Assembly (NCBI GenBank): GCA_046317875.1
Contig: JBKCVN010000022.1
Location: 18,654 to 82,653 of the forward strand
Reading direction: 5' to 3'
Length of the DNA: 64,000 nt
From: Alphaproteobacteria bacterium
GTDB taxonomy: Bacteria > Pseudomonadota > Alphaproteobacteria > UBA7879 > UBA5542
Program-made: the position numbers and the translations under genes
Notes under the pieces: model-generated
The model's input: only the letters and a program-made list of their open reading frames with translations
Told to the model about the DNA's origin: nothing
Databases searched by the model: none
Shown: in pieces, positions 1 to 8,829 of the stretch
Layout of the letters: each line of letters starts with the position of its first letter
Numbering within the stretch: position 1 is the stretch's first letter

Positions 1-688
1 ATCCAGGAACCTTAAAGTCCATATCATTATAGCCATTCCAATTAATTAATTTAATAACAGATTTTTTTTCTAGTTCTTTAATGTGATCTAAAAACTTCTT
101 AGCTCTTTGAATAGAGGGGGTGACGCCCTCTACATGCTCTACTATATACGCAACATGCGTGGCTCCGCTTTGAAATTTAATTTCTAAAAGATCATAAAGA
201 CGAGGTCCAATATTCAACACATAAAACAAATTATGGGAAAGCAGCAACTCTTTATGAGAAGGAGAAAAAATAGAGTAGGATCTACAGCCTCTTTGTGAGC
301 CAACATACTTGTGCTCTATACCTCCTTCATTCTTAATGATTTTAATCCCCACATGAGGAGGATAATATTTCATAAGTTCTTTTAAAGGAGATGTTTTTAT
401 AAAAGAAGGAGAAAAATAAAAAGTGTGGCCCCCTTCTTTAACATGAGGACTGCCTTCTAGAAGCGCTGCAAGAGATTGGACTTTCACAGGAACCATCGTA
501 ACGGACTGAAGGGGGAGATCATTTTTCCAGGTGCTTTTAGAGCCCAAGAAGCTCCTTATAATTTTAAAAATCCCCACACGATATAAGGTTTTTATTTCTA
601 TTTCAACTCTATATTTAAAAGATCTTATTTTATTGGAAAAAACTGGAAAGGTACGATACACATAGTTTTTGATAGCTGCATAGGTCAT
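1..688 (-). CDS. Hypothetical protein with protein-kinase-like motifs, partial (3' end lies outside the window); not in the ORF track
   Basis: Manual translation from ATG at 688 stays open to position 1: MTYAAIKNYVYRTFPVFSNKIR...EGGHTFYF...PPHVGIKIIK...NIGPRLYDLLEI...VAYIVEHVEGVTP...DMDFKVPG. Starts 5 nt after the stop of the upstream glycosyltransferase. Confidence 0.75.
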   Translation of the reverse strand, partial: MTYAAIKNYVYRTFPVFSNKIRSFKYRVEIEIKTLYRVGIFKIIRSFLGSKSTWKNDLPLQSVTMVPVKVQSLAALLEGSPHVKEGGHTFYFSPSFIKTSPLKELMKYYPPHVGIKIIKNEGGIEHKYVGSQRGCRSYSIFSPSHKELLLSHNLFYVLNIGPRLYDLLEIKFQSGATHVAYIVEHVEGVTPSIQRAKKFLDHIKELEKKSVIKLINWNGYNDMDFKVPG

Positions 689-693
689 TATAA

Positions 694-1776
694 TTAGCTC
701 TTTTTTTTTACAACACAAACTCGTCTTATAAGAGACAAAGTATTTAAAGATGTAGTATTTTTTATATATAGTCTACTTAACTGGTAAGATACAAAGAATG
801 AAATTCTGTTAACCTTATAAAGCCAAAAGTCCATATTTTTCTTCTTAAACAGATGAAGTATTTTTATAAAAAAATCTTTTTTAGACCACGAGTATTTCCT
901 TTCGATAGAAGCAATGTACATTTCAGAAATTTCTAAAAACATATTTTTATCTTGTTTATTAATTAAACTAGAAATGTAATAAAAAGCTTCCTTTAAATCA
1001 TTTATCATATTGGTATGCATAATTCTAAAAAACCAGCTTTTTTGACTACTTGCAGCCTGCGAGCTTCCCTTTTGTCTTACATAGGTTAATACGCTCAAAG
1101 ACTTGATTTTTCCTTGGGCCAACTGCATACAGGAAAAAAATATTTCACAAGCATGTAGGGTAGAAAAATTTTTTTTCTGGATTGCGCTTAAGGTAGCGGA
1201 TAGGCTTTCTGTTTTAAATATAGAATAATATATAGTGTAAAAATCCTTACAGTATATTTTTATTCTCTCATAAGCGCTATCTTGATCCAGATCAACCTGA
1301 ATATCCATTACTTTGCAATAATAAGGAATAAAAAAAAGATTCTTAGCCTGTGCCTTGGCAGGCTGATCTAAGACTACCCCTGCCAACCGCCCATTGCACC
1401 CTACATAATCAGGACTATCTTTCAGAAATTCTATTGCTTTCATCTGGCCTTCTGCGATGGGAAAATCATCATTATCGGCAAGCATTACATAAGGCGTTTT
1501 CACTTTTTTAATCGCAGATGCACATTTTTTATAATAATCTAAATAAGTTTCATCTTTTGGGTATCTAATATATTCATAAGAAAATCCTGGATTTTTAAGT
1601 TTTTTAAAAAAATCTTCTGTATCATTTTCCAAAGAACCATCTGCAAAAATAACATGAAAAGGATATCGAGCTTCTTCAAAATAACGGCACATCCGTTTGG
1701 TAAACTCAAAACGATCTTTTAAGGTGACCAGCAGGGTTAATTCAGGACAAGGGTTAACGTTAATTATTTGATGCAT
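694..1776 (-). CDS. Glycosyltransferase, GT2-like (TIGR00180-type)
   Basis: N-terminal LTLLVTLKDR, VIFADGS, and YVMLADNDDF (DxD-like) motifs; polysaccharide-gene context. Confidence 0.8.
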   Translation of the reverse strand: MHQIINVNPCPELTLLVTLKDRFEFTKRMCRYFEEARYPFHVIFADGSLENDTEDFFKKLKNPGFSYEYIRYPKDETYLDYYKKCASAIKKVKTPYVMLADNDDFPIAEGQMKAIEFLKDSPDYVGCNGRLAGVVLDQPAKAQAKNLFFIPYYCKVMDIQVDLDQDSAYERIKIYCKDFYTIYYSIFKTESLSATLSAIQKKNFSTLHACEIFFSCMQLAQGKIKSLSVLTYVRQKGSSQAASSQKSWFFRIMHTNMINDLKEAFYYISSLINKQDKNMFLEISEMYIASIERKYSWSKKDFFIKILHLFKKKNMDFWLYKVNRISFFVSYQLSRLYIKNTTSLNTLSLIRRVCVVKKKS

Positions 1777-3523
1777 ACACTTTACCGTCTTTTATTTCCA
1801 GAATGTAGTTACAATTTTTAAGGGTAGCTAATCGATGGGCAATCATAATCACCGTACGATTTATACTGATTTCTTGAATAGTTTCCATAAGTTTTTCTTC
1901 AGTTTGATAATCTAAAGCAGATGTAGCTTCGTCAAATATTAAAATTTCTGGATCATTATAAAGAGCTCTAGCAACACCGATGCGCTGCCTTTCTCCCCCA
2001 GAAAGACGAATGCCTCTCTCTCCCACAAAAGTTTGAACACCTTGAGGAAGTTTATCTATAAAAAGGCGCAACTGGGCTATATCAATGGCTTTATTGAGCT
2101 TCTTTTCATTAATATTTTCTTCCCCAAAAGCTATATTAGCCTGGATACTATCATCTGTTAAATAAATATTTTGAGGCACATATCCGATTTTGGCATGCCA
2201 TTGATGAGTGTTGATAGGGAACTTGCCATCAATGGAAATAGCGCCATCATTAGGTGTAATTAAACCCAAAATAAGGTCACTTAAGGTAGATTTTCCTGAC
2301 CCAGTTTCTCCTACAATTCCTACACACTCGCCTTTCTTTATAGCAAACGACACATCTGTCAGAATATTTTTTTGCGTACTAGGGTGGCGATAAGAAACGG
2401 ATTTAAAAATAATACTTTTCTTAAATTCAAACTCAGGACAGTTGATGTAATTTTCTTTCTGAGTAAAAGAGTAATAATCGTTGTGTAACCTTTCAACAGA
2501 AGGAAGAACGGCCTTTATATTATTTAAGTGCATAATAATTCGATTAAGGCCAGGCATTAAGCGAAAACCTGCATAAAAATAACCTCCAAGGATACTAAAC
2601 ATTTCAGATGGATGTTCGTGTTCTAAGGCTAAGAATGCAATAACCGTCACAAAAAGGACCACAAATAAAATTTCAATAATTAGGCGAGGCAGAGCATTTA
2701 AAGAAAGAAGTAATGTTTGAGCTTTTGTTTTTTCCTGTGCATGTTTTTGATAAGATCTAATAAAGGCGTCCTTTTTCCCCATTAACAAAATATCTTTATA
2801 AGCATGGAAAAACTGAAGAATATGTTGTCCACTATAAAGGCGGGCATTTTGTAAGTTTTGACCTAATCGATAAAATAAAGGAAAAACCCATTTTATTAGC
2901 AAGACTCCAATTCCTCCGCCCATTAAAAAAGCAGAGAGCGCCAAAGAAGGATTAATATAAATAATAACGCCCAATAAACCCATAAAAATTAAAGCTTCTG
3001 AAATAAAACCGGCCACCGATAAGGAGCCCGTTAAAAACACCTCTTGTGTATCATGTACTACCGCTTGGTAGCCTTCTGAGGCATTACGAGACAAATAAGA
3101 ACAATAATCAGACTGAGCATATCTATTGAGTAATCTATTGGTGAACGAGTAATTAATTTTTCGTATGGAAAAACTTTGATAGAAAACTTCCCCGATAGCT
3201 ATCAAGTTTTTAATTCCATAAGCAATACCCACCAAAACAGAGAAACAAAAAACAACTTTCCCTGTTGAAAAACCATCTCCCAACTTGATTTTGGCAAGAT
3301 ATTTATATCCTTCTAAAGGATGGGTTAGAATCTGAGCAAACACCACTACAAAAGAAGCTGTTAATATTTCAAAAAAAGAAGATAAAATAGAAAAAAAAAC
3401 AATTCCTAACCACCTCAATTTTTCTTGCCGATTTAATAATTGACGGATCTTTTGGAAAGAATGAAAAGTAGAGGGAGTGGCGACAAAAGAATTAGTATGT
3501 TTTATAATGTTTTGGGCTTTCAT
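1760..3523 (-). CDS. ABC transporter, fused permease/ATPase (PglK/HepA-like lipid-linked glycan exporter)
   Basis: N-terminal multi-TM domain; Walker A GETGSGKS, signature LSGGERQR, Walker B ILIFDEATSALD, H-loop IAHRL. Confidence 0.88.
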   Translation of the reverse strand: MKAQNIIKHTNSFVATPSTFHSFQKIRQLLNRQEKLRWLGIVFFSILSSFFEILTASFVVVFAQILTHPLEGYKYLAKIKLGDGFSTGKVVFCFSVLVGIAYGIKNLIAIGEVFYQSFSIRKINYSFTNRLLNRYAQSDYCSYLSRNASEGYQAVVHDTQEVFLTGSLSVAGFISEALIFMGLLGVIIYINPSLALSAFLMGGGIGVLLIKWVFPLFYRLGQNLQNARLYSGQHILQFFHAYKDILLMGKKDAFIRSYQKHAQEKTKAQTLLLSLNALPRLIIEILFVVLFVTVIAFLALEHEHPSEMFSILGGYFYAGFRLMPGLNRIIMHLNNIKAVLPSVERLHNDYYSFTQKENYINCPEFEFKKSIIFKSVSYRHPSTQKNILTDVSFAIKKGECVGIVGETGSGKSTLSDLILGLITPNDGAISIDGKFPINTHQWHAKIGYVPQNIYLTDDSIQANIAFGEENINEKKLNKAIDIAQLRLFIDKLPQGVQTFVGERGIRLSGGERQRIGVARALYNDPEILIFDEATSALDYQTEEKLMETIQEISINRTVIMIAHRLATLKNCNYILEIKDGKVYASNN

Positions 3524-3552
3524 AGAAATAAATACTAATTTAGGGAATAACT

Positions 3553-5418
3553 TTAATTCATAAATTGCTCATACCATAGCTGAAAGACGATCAAATGCCA
3601 AATGGTTCTATCACGAATACCATCTTTTTGTGATGATTTAAGAAACAATTCTTTCAGTATGCAAATTTCTTCTTCACAAAAGATATTTTGTTTCCTCACA
3701 TAGTCCAGAGATAAATACTCATCAACTAGGTGTCTTAGGTCATTTTTCAACCATTCATAAACAGGTATTCCAAATCCCATCTTAGGTCGGTCGATTAAAG
3801 AAGATGGTACATACCTATACAGCAGTTTTTTTAAAAGGTATTTTGCCTGATTATTTTTATACTTTAATGCATGAGGAATTTGAAAAGAGAGCTCTACAAA
3901 CTCATGATCATCTATAAAGGGAGCTCGCGCTTCCAAAGAGGAAGCCATGGAGGCACGATCCACCTTCACTAAGATGTCATCTGGTAAATACGTGGTCATA
4001 TCCTGAAGCATATGCTGTTCTTGAAAGTTTACAGATGCTTTTAATATATTGGAATAGGCCGAATCAAAAATAGGAACAAAATCTTTTATGAACGAATAAT
4101 TTTTCAGATAATTTAAATAGTCTGAATTGATGATATCATGCTCATTTCTCAGCTCAAAAAACTTACCGTATCGACTGTAACCTTTAACTTTTTTAACTGT
4201 TTCTTTAAAAAAAGGAACCTGATTTGCAGCTTTGGACAATAAGGAGAGTTTTTTTAGTTTTAAGATATCTTCGTATCGTCTATATCCACAAAACAATTCA
4301 TCTCCCCCATCTCCTGAAAGAGCCACCGTCACTTTCTGGCGTGTAACCCGACTTAACAACATAGTAGGAATTTGAGAAGAATCTGCAAAGGGCTCATCGT
4401 AGTATATGGGGATTTGGGAAATAAGATTTTTTGCTTCATTTACAGATATGTAAGTCTCTGTATGCTCTGTTCCCAAGTGTTCTGAGACCTTCTTGGCATA
4501 GGGTGCCTCATTATAAGCGGACCCATGAAACCCAATGGTAAACGTTTTAACAGAAGAATTAGAAACTTTTTTCATCAACGCTGCAACAAGAGAAGAATCC
4601 ACCCCCCCACTGAGAAAGCAGCCCACAGGAACATCGCTTATGAGTCGTTTCTTGATAGAGTCCAGTAGAAAACTTTCTATGTTGTCCACCCACTCCTCTT
4701 CGGGGATATCCACAATTTGACGCTGTTTGAATTTTTCTTCCAAACTCCAATATGTGTGATGATTTATAATGCCATCTTTGAAGTGCAGGTACGTTCCTGG
4801 CATTAACTTATAAGTATGTTCGAAAATGGTATGAGGGGCTACTATATATCCGTGACACAAAAACAGGGAAAGAGCATGTTTATTAAGCTTTTTTTGGAAA
4901 ACAGGATGCACCATAAGCGCTTTTAATTCTGAACCAAAAATCAAGCCTCCCGCATCTTGGAAATAATATAAAGGCTTCACCCCCATTCGATCCCTTATTA
5001 AATAGAAATCTTTTGTTTTTCTATCGTATAGTGCAATAGAAAACATGCCATTCAACAGATGCACAAAGTCGATGCCCCATTCTTGATAAGCAGAAATGAG
5101 AACTTCAGTATCTGAATGGGATTTAAAAGAATATCCTTTCGTCTCTAAAGTTGATCGGATGGACTGAAAGTTATAGATTTCGCCATTAAAAATTAAGACG
5201 ATTCTTTGATCCTGGGAGAACATAGGCTGATGACCCAAAGGTGACAGATCTATGATGGATAATCTTCGATGGGACAGACCAACTAAATAATCATTATTAT
5301 AAGGTTCCAGAAATTCCCCAGCGTCATCCGGGCCTCGATATTTCAAGGCTTCCCCCATCTTTTTTAAAAGAAGAGAGTCTGCTTTTTCTTTTCTAATAAA
5401 TCCTGCGATTCCGCACAT
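3553..5418 (-). CDS. asnB: Asparagine synthase (glutamine-hydrolysing) family amidotransferase, probably glycan-modifying
   Basis: N-terminal MCGIAG nucleophile, RGPD, HRRLSIID, FNGEIYN, LSGGVDSS, ALSGDGGDELF. Confidence 0.92.
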   Translation of the reverse strand: MCGIAGFIRKEKADSLLLKKMGEALKYRGPDDAGEFLEPYNNDYLVGLSHRRLSIIDLSPLGHQPMFSQDQRIVLIFNGEIYNFQSIRSTLETKGYSFKSHSDTEVLISAYQEWGIDFVHLLNGMFSIALYDRKTKDFYLIRDRMGVKPLYYFQDAGGLIFGSELKALMVHPVFQKKLNKHALSLFLCHGYIVAPHTIFEHTYKLMPGTYLHFKDGIINHHTYWSLEEKFKQRQIVDIPEEEWVDNIESFLLDSIKKRLISDVPVGCFLSGGVDSSLVAALMKKVSNSSVKTFTIGFHGSAYNEAPYAKKVSEHLGTEHTETYISVNEAKNLISQIPIYYDEPFADSSQIPTMLLSRVTRQKVTVALSGDGGDELFCGYRRYEDILKLKKLSLLSKAANQVPFFKETVKKVKGYSRYGKFFELRNEHDIINSDYLNYLKNYSFIKDFVPIFDSAYSNILKASVNFQEQHMLQDMTTYLPDDILVKVDRASMASSLEARAPFIDDHEFVELSFQIPHALKYKNNQAKYLLKKLLYRYVPSSLIDRPKMGFGIPVYEWLKNDLRHLVDEYLSLDYVRKQNIFCEEEICILKELFLKSSQKDGIRDRTIWHLIVFQLWYEQFMN

Positions 5419-5660
5419 TATTAATCAAATCCCAAAATTAAAAAATAACTAATTTAAGCTAGCTTACTCAGATAAAAATACATGACCTTATAGGTTCAGG
5501 TATGCACACCCCTTTTGACGACGATTCCTTCAAATAATCCTTTCTTTGAAGAAGCAAAATAATCGCATAAACCAACAAAAGCCGCAACGAATATAAAAAT
5601 AATTGACAATCATTCTTCAGTCTCTTCTACTAATCCAACAAAATATTAGGGATTATATCA

Positions 5661-7577
5661 GTGTGCGGATTAACTGGATTTTGGGACTTTAAACATCAAA
5701 CCTCTATGGATCAACGGAGATCCATTTTACAAAATATGGTGGATCAAATCTCTTTCCGAGGGCCCGATGGTCAAGGATTGTGGATAGATGAATATACTGG
5801 CTTAAGTCTGGGCCACCGGCGGTTATCTATCATTGATCTTTCAAGCCATGCGGCACAACCCATGATATCCCACAATGCCCGATTTATCCTGACTTATAAT
5901 GGCGAGGTATATAACTTTCAAGAGTTGCGCCAGGAACTGCAGGCAGAGGGTGTGTCTTTTAAAACCCACTCGGATACTGAAGTGATTGTAGAAGCCTGTG
6001 CGCGGTGGGGGGTACGCAAAGCCAGTGAAAAATTTATTGGGATGTTTGCGTTTGCCCTATGGGACCGCTCCCAAAAGAAACTGTACTTAGTACGCGATCG
6101 GTTGGGGATTAAGCCCTTGTATTGGGGAATCCAACAAAATACCCTGTTTTTTGGATCCCAGCTTAAAAGCTTCAAGCCCCATCCCTGTTGGAGCCCAACC
6201 ATCTCGGAAAGGGCTCTGAATTTATATTTTCAGTACAAATATGTACCAACCCCTTTGTCTATTTATGAGGGTATTTTTAAGCTGGAACCTGGCCATATTC
6301 TCACCATAAATCAAGACCAAAGCATTACAAATGAAAAGTTTTGGGATCTAGAATCCATCATTCAAAACTCCTCTTCCCAGACACACTCCCCCTTGACTGA
6401 AAAAGAAATTTTAGAAACATGCGATGATTTGATTACAGATTCTGTGAAACGCATCCTCATCTCTGATGTGCCGGTGGGCTGTTTTCTTTCAGGAGGAATT
6501 GATAGCTCTATAGTCGCGGCTTATATGCAATCCGTATCACCAACCCCCATCCAAACTTTTTCCATTGGGTTTGAAGACAAAACGTACAACGAGGCTCCCC
6601 AATCCAAACAAGTGGCCCAATTTTTGGGCACAAATCATCACGAAGAAATTCTCACGCACAAAAAATGTCTTGAGGTTATTCCCCATCTTTCTGATTTTTA
6701 TGACGAGCCCTTTTCAGATTCTTCCCAGATTCCCACTTATTTAGTATCTGCACTGGCAAAAAAACAGGTGACCGTAGCCCTCTCAGGGGATGGTGGAGAC
6801 GAACTGTTTGGGGGGTATAACCGTTATAAAATTGCCCATCAAGTACGGGAAAGGCTTTCTTTCTTGCCCTCTTCTCTCCGCAAAACAGGATCCCTGGCTT
6901 TAAATGCACTGCCTATAGAATTGATTGAAAAAATTAACCACCTTCTCCCTCAGTCCCTTTCTCATTCGGGCATGGCCCACAAAATTTCCAAGCTTTCCAA
7001 AATCTTAACCGTGACGTCTCAGGAAGAATTTTACCATCTATTAACCACCCAAGACCTTGGTCAAAAAATGAATTCAAATGATTTGTTTGCAAACAAGGAA
7101 ATTTTATCCACGCTAGACAATCGATCTTTTGTTGAAACCATGCAGTATTGGGACATGAAAACATACCTTCCTGATGATGTTCTAACCAAGGTTGATCGGG
7201 CATCAATGGCCGTTGGGCTCGAGGCACGTGTCCCCCTCTTGGATCATCGACTAGTAGAGTTCAGCTATCAACTACCCATGTCTTTTAAAATTCGGAAAGG
7301 CGAGACAAAATGGGTTTTGAAAAAACTTCTTTCAGAAAAAATACCCCCTAACTTTTTTACAGGCCCTAAAAAAGGATTTGCGGTTCCTGTCTCTCAGTGG
7401 CTTAGGGGTCCCTTAAAAACATGGGCAGACGATTTAATAAACGCCCCGCTTTCACACGATCTAGCTTTTCTAAAAATTAAAGATCTGTGGGCGCAACATT
7501 TAACTCATAAAGCAGATCATCACGAACTTTTATGGAGTTATCTGATGTATGCCCAATGGTATCGCACCTATCATTAA
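5661..7577 (+). CDS. asnB: Asparagine synthase (glutamine-hydrolysing) family amidotransferase, second paralog
   Basis: GTG start, MCGLTG, RGPD, HRRLSIID, YNGEVYN, LSGGIDSS, ALSGDGGDELF, KVDRASM. Confidence 0.92.
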   Translation: MCGLTGFWDFKHQTSMDQRRSILQNMVDQISFRGPDGQGLWIDEYTGLSLGHRRLSIIDLSSHAAQPMISHNARFILTYNGEVYNFQELRQELQAEGVSFKTHSDTEVIVEACARWGVRKASEKFIGMFAFALWDRSQKKLYLVRDRLGIKPLYWGIQQNTLFFGSQLKSFKPHPCWSPTISERALNLYFQYKYVPTPLSIYEGIFKLEPGHILTINQDQSITNEKFWDLESIIQNSSSQTHSPLTEKEILETCDDLITDSVKRILISDVPVGCFLSGGIDSSIVAAYMQSVSPTPIQTFSIGFEDKTYNEAPQSKQVAQFLGTNHHEEILTHKKCLEVIPHLSDFYDEPFSDSSQIPTYLVSALAKKQVTVALSGDGGDELFGGYNRYKIAHQVRERLSFLPSSLRKTGSLALNALPIELIEKINHLLPQSLSHSGMAHKISKLSKILTVTSQEEFYHLLTTQDLGQKMNSNDLFANKEILSTLDNRSFVETMQYWDMKTYLPDDVLTKVDRASMAVGLEARVPLLDHRLVEFSYQLPMSFKIRKGETKWVLKKLLSEKIPPNFFTGPKKGFAVPVSQWLRGPLKTWADDLINAPLSHDLAFLKIKDLWAQHLTHKADHHELLWSYLMYAQWYRTYH

Positions 7578-7641
7578 ATTCCATCTTTTTAATTCTGTTT
7601 AAACGCGCTAAACTGAATTTTAAGGGAGTTTAATTTTCAAA

Positions 7642-8184
7642 GTGTTTAAAATAGTTTTTCTATGCCTGGGGGTAATTTCTGTCCTGTGCATCCCCACGCG
7701 AGCTGCAGATTTTCGTGTAAATGCTTGCACGGCGCTGACTATACCTAACGCGCTCTTGTTAGATCGGTTTAGTAAAATCAAATTGAAAAAAAGATGTATG
7801 ACAGGACCCCTATTCCTGCACGGACACAATCCATATATGACAACAGGTTGTTATTATAGAATTCCTGTTTCTTGGGCCACGAGCATTAATTACGAAGAAC
7901 TCAAAGGAACTGGCCTGTTTTTACGGTCCGCGCTGCCATCGAAATGCCCGGTGTTATCCTATAAAAATTTTAATAAGCTCACGGCGCAGGGAAGCACCTT
8001 AATAGACGAAAACAAGTGGTACACAGCCCAGGTCAATAAATTTAAAAGACTCCTGATGACGGCGCGTAAAAAAGTAACCGAGCCATCTTCCATATCTCCT
8101 GCCCAACAACTGGAACTGAGTATGCATTCCTTAAACAGTTCTGTAATTCCCGTCATCGTGGGCCAAAAACAAATCGACTCTTAA
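7642..8184 (+). CDS. Hypothetical secreted protein
   Basis: AAGGGAG RBS-like motif upstream; hydrophobic N-terminus ending TRA-A; fills the gap between asnB and ssb. Confidence 0.65.
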   Translation: MFKIVFLCLGVISVLCIPTRAADFRVNACTALTIPNALLLDRFSKIKLKKRCMTGPLFLHGHNPYMTTGCYYRIPVSWATSINYEELKGTGLFLRSALPSKCPVLSYKNFNKLTAQGSTLIDENKWYTAQVNKFKRLLMTARKKVTEPSSISPAQQLELSMHSLNSSVIPVIVGQKQIDS

Positions 8185-8345
8185 AAATAGAATCTTACTA
8201 TAGTTTTTAGAGATCTTCTGTTCTTAGATTATTTGAGAAAGTGTGGCACAAAGGATTAAATCTATTAATTTTTATCTTATTATTGTGATTCCCCCCAAAA
8301 TTCTTTATGATGGGAGCCTAATAATTGAATTAAAAAGGAAATTAA

Positions 8346-8792
8346 ATGTCGGGTAGTATTAACAAAGTGATCCTTGTAGGAAATTTGGGTAAGGATCCTG
8401 AAATTCGATATGCAAATGATGGGACTAAAATTGTTAACTTTTCTGTTGCAACGTCCGAGGTCTGGAAAGATCGTGCCACCGGCGAGCGCAAAGATCGTAC
8501 AGAATGGCACCGCGTAGTCATCTTCAACGACAAGCTGGCCGAAATCGTAGAAAAATACGTCAAAAAAGGGTCCAAGTTGTATTTAGAAGGGCAACTTCAA
8601 ACACGCAAATGGACGGATACCACAGGTCAAGACCGCTATACCACGGAAGTGGTGCTGTCTAAGTATAAAGGAGAGCTGACGATTTTAGATTCTCGAAATA
8701 CATCGGAATCGATCTCTTCTTCCCCTTCTATGGAAAAGAATCAAGAACAAGCCCATGTTTTGGCTGAACTTGATGACGATATTCCTTTTTAA
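8346..8792 (+). CDS. ssb: Single-stranded DNA-binding protein
   Basis: [24 protein letters not shown]-terminal DDDIPF. Confidence 0.98.
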   Translation: MSGSINKVILVGNLGKDPEIRYANDGTKIVNFSVATSEVWKDRATGERKDRTEWHRVVIFNDKLAEIVEKYVKKGSKLYLEGQLQTRKWTDTTGQDRYTTEVVLSKYKGELTILDSRNTSESISSSPSMEKNQEQAHVLAELDDDIPF

Positions 8793-8829
8793 GTTTTGTA
8801 AACGCACGTTTATTTTTAAATAAAGTATA

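Noticed and set aside
5419-5660. Possible riboswitch or ops/JUMPstart element between the asnB genes
   Set aside because: No GGCGGTAG ops core or convincing stem; only a TTGACA with a poorly spaced -10.
7589-7633. Paired TTAA motifs as CtrA boxes (also at 8256-8268 and 15977-15992)
   Set aside because: Spacers are 5, 6 or 8 nt, not the required 7; TTAA is frequent in AT-rich DNA.
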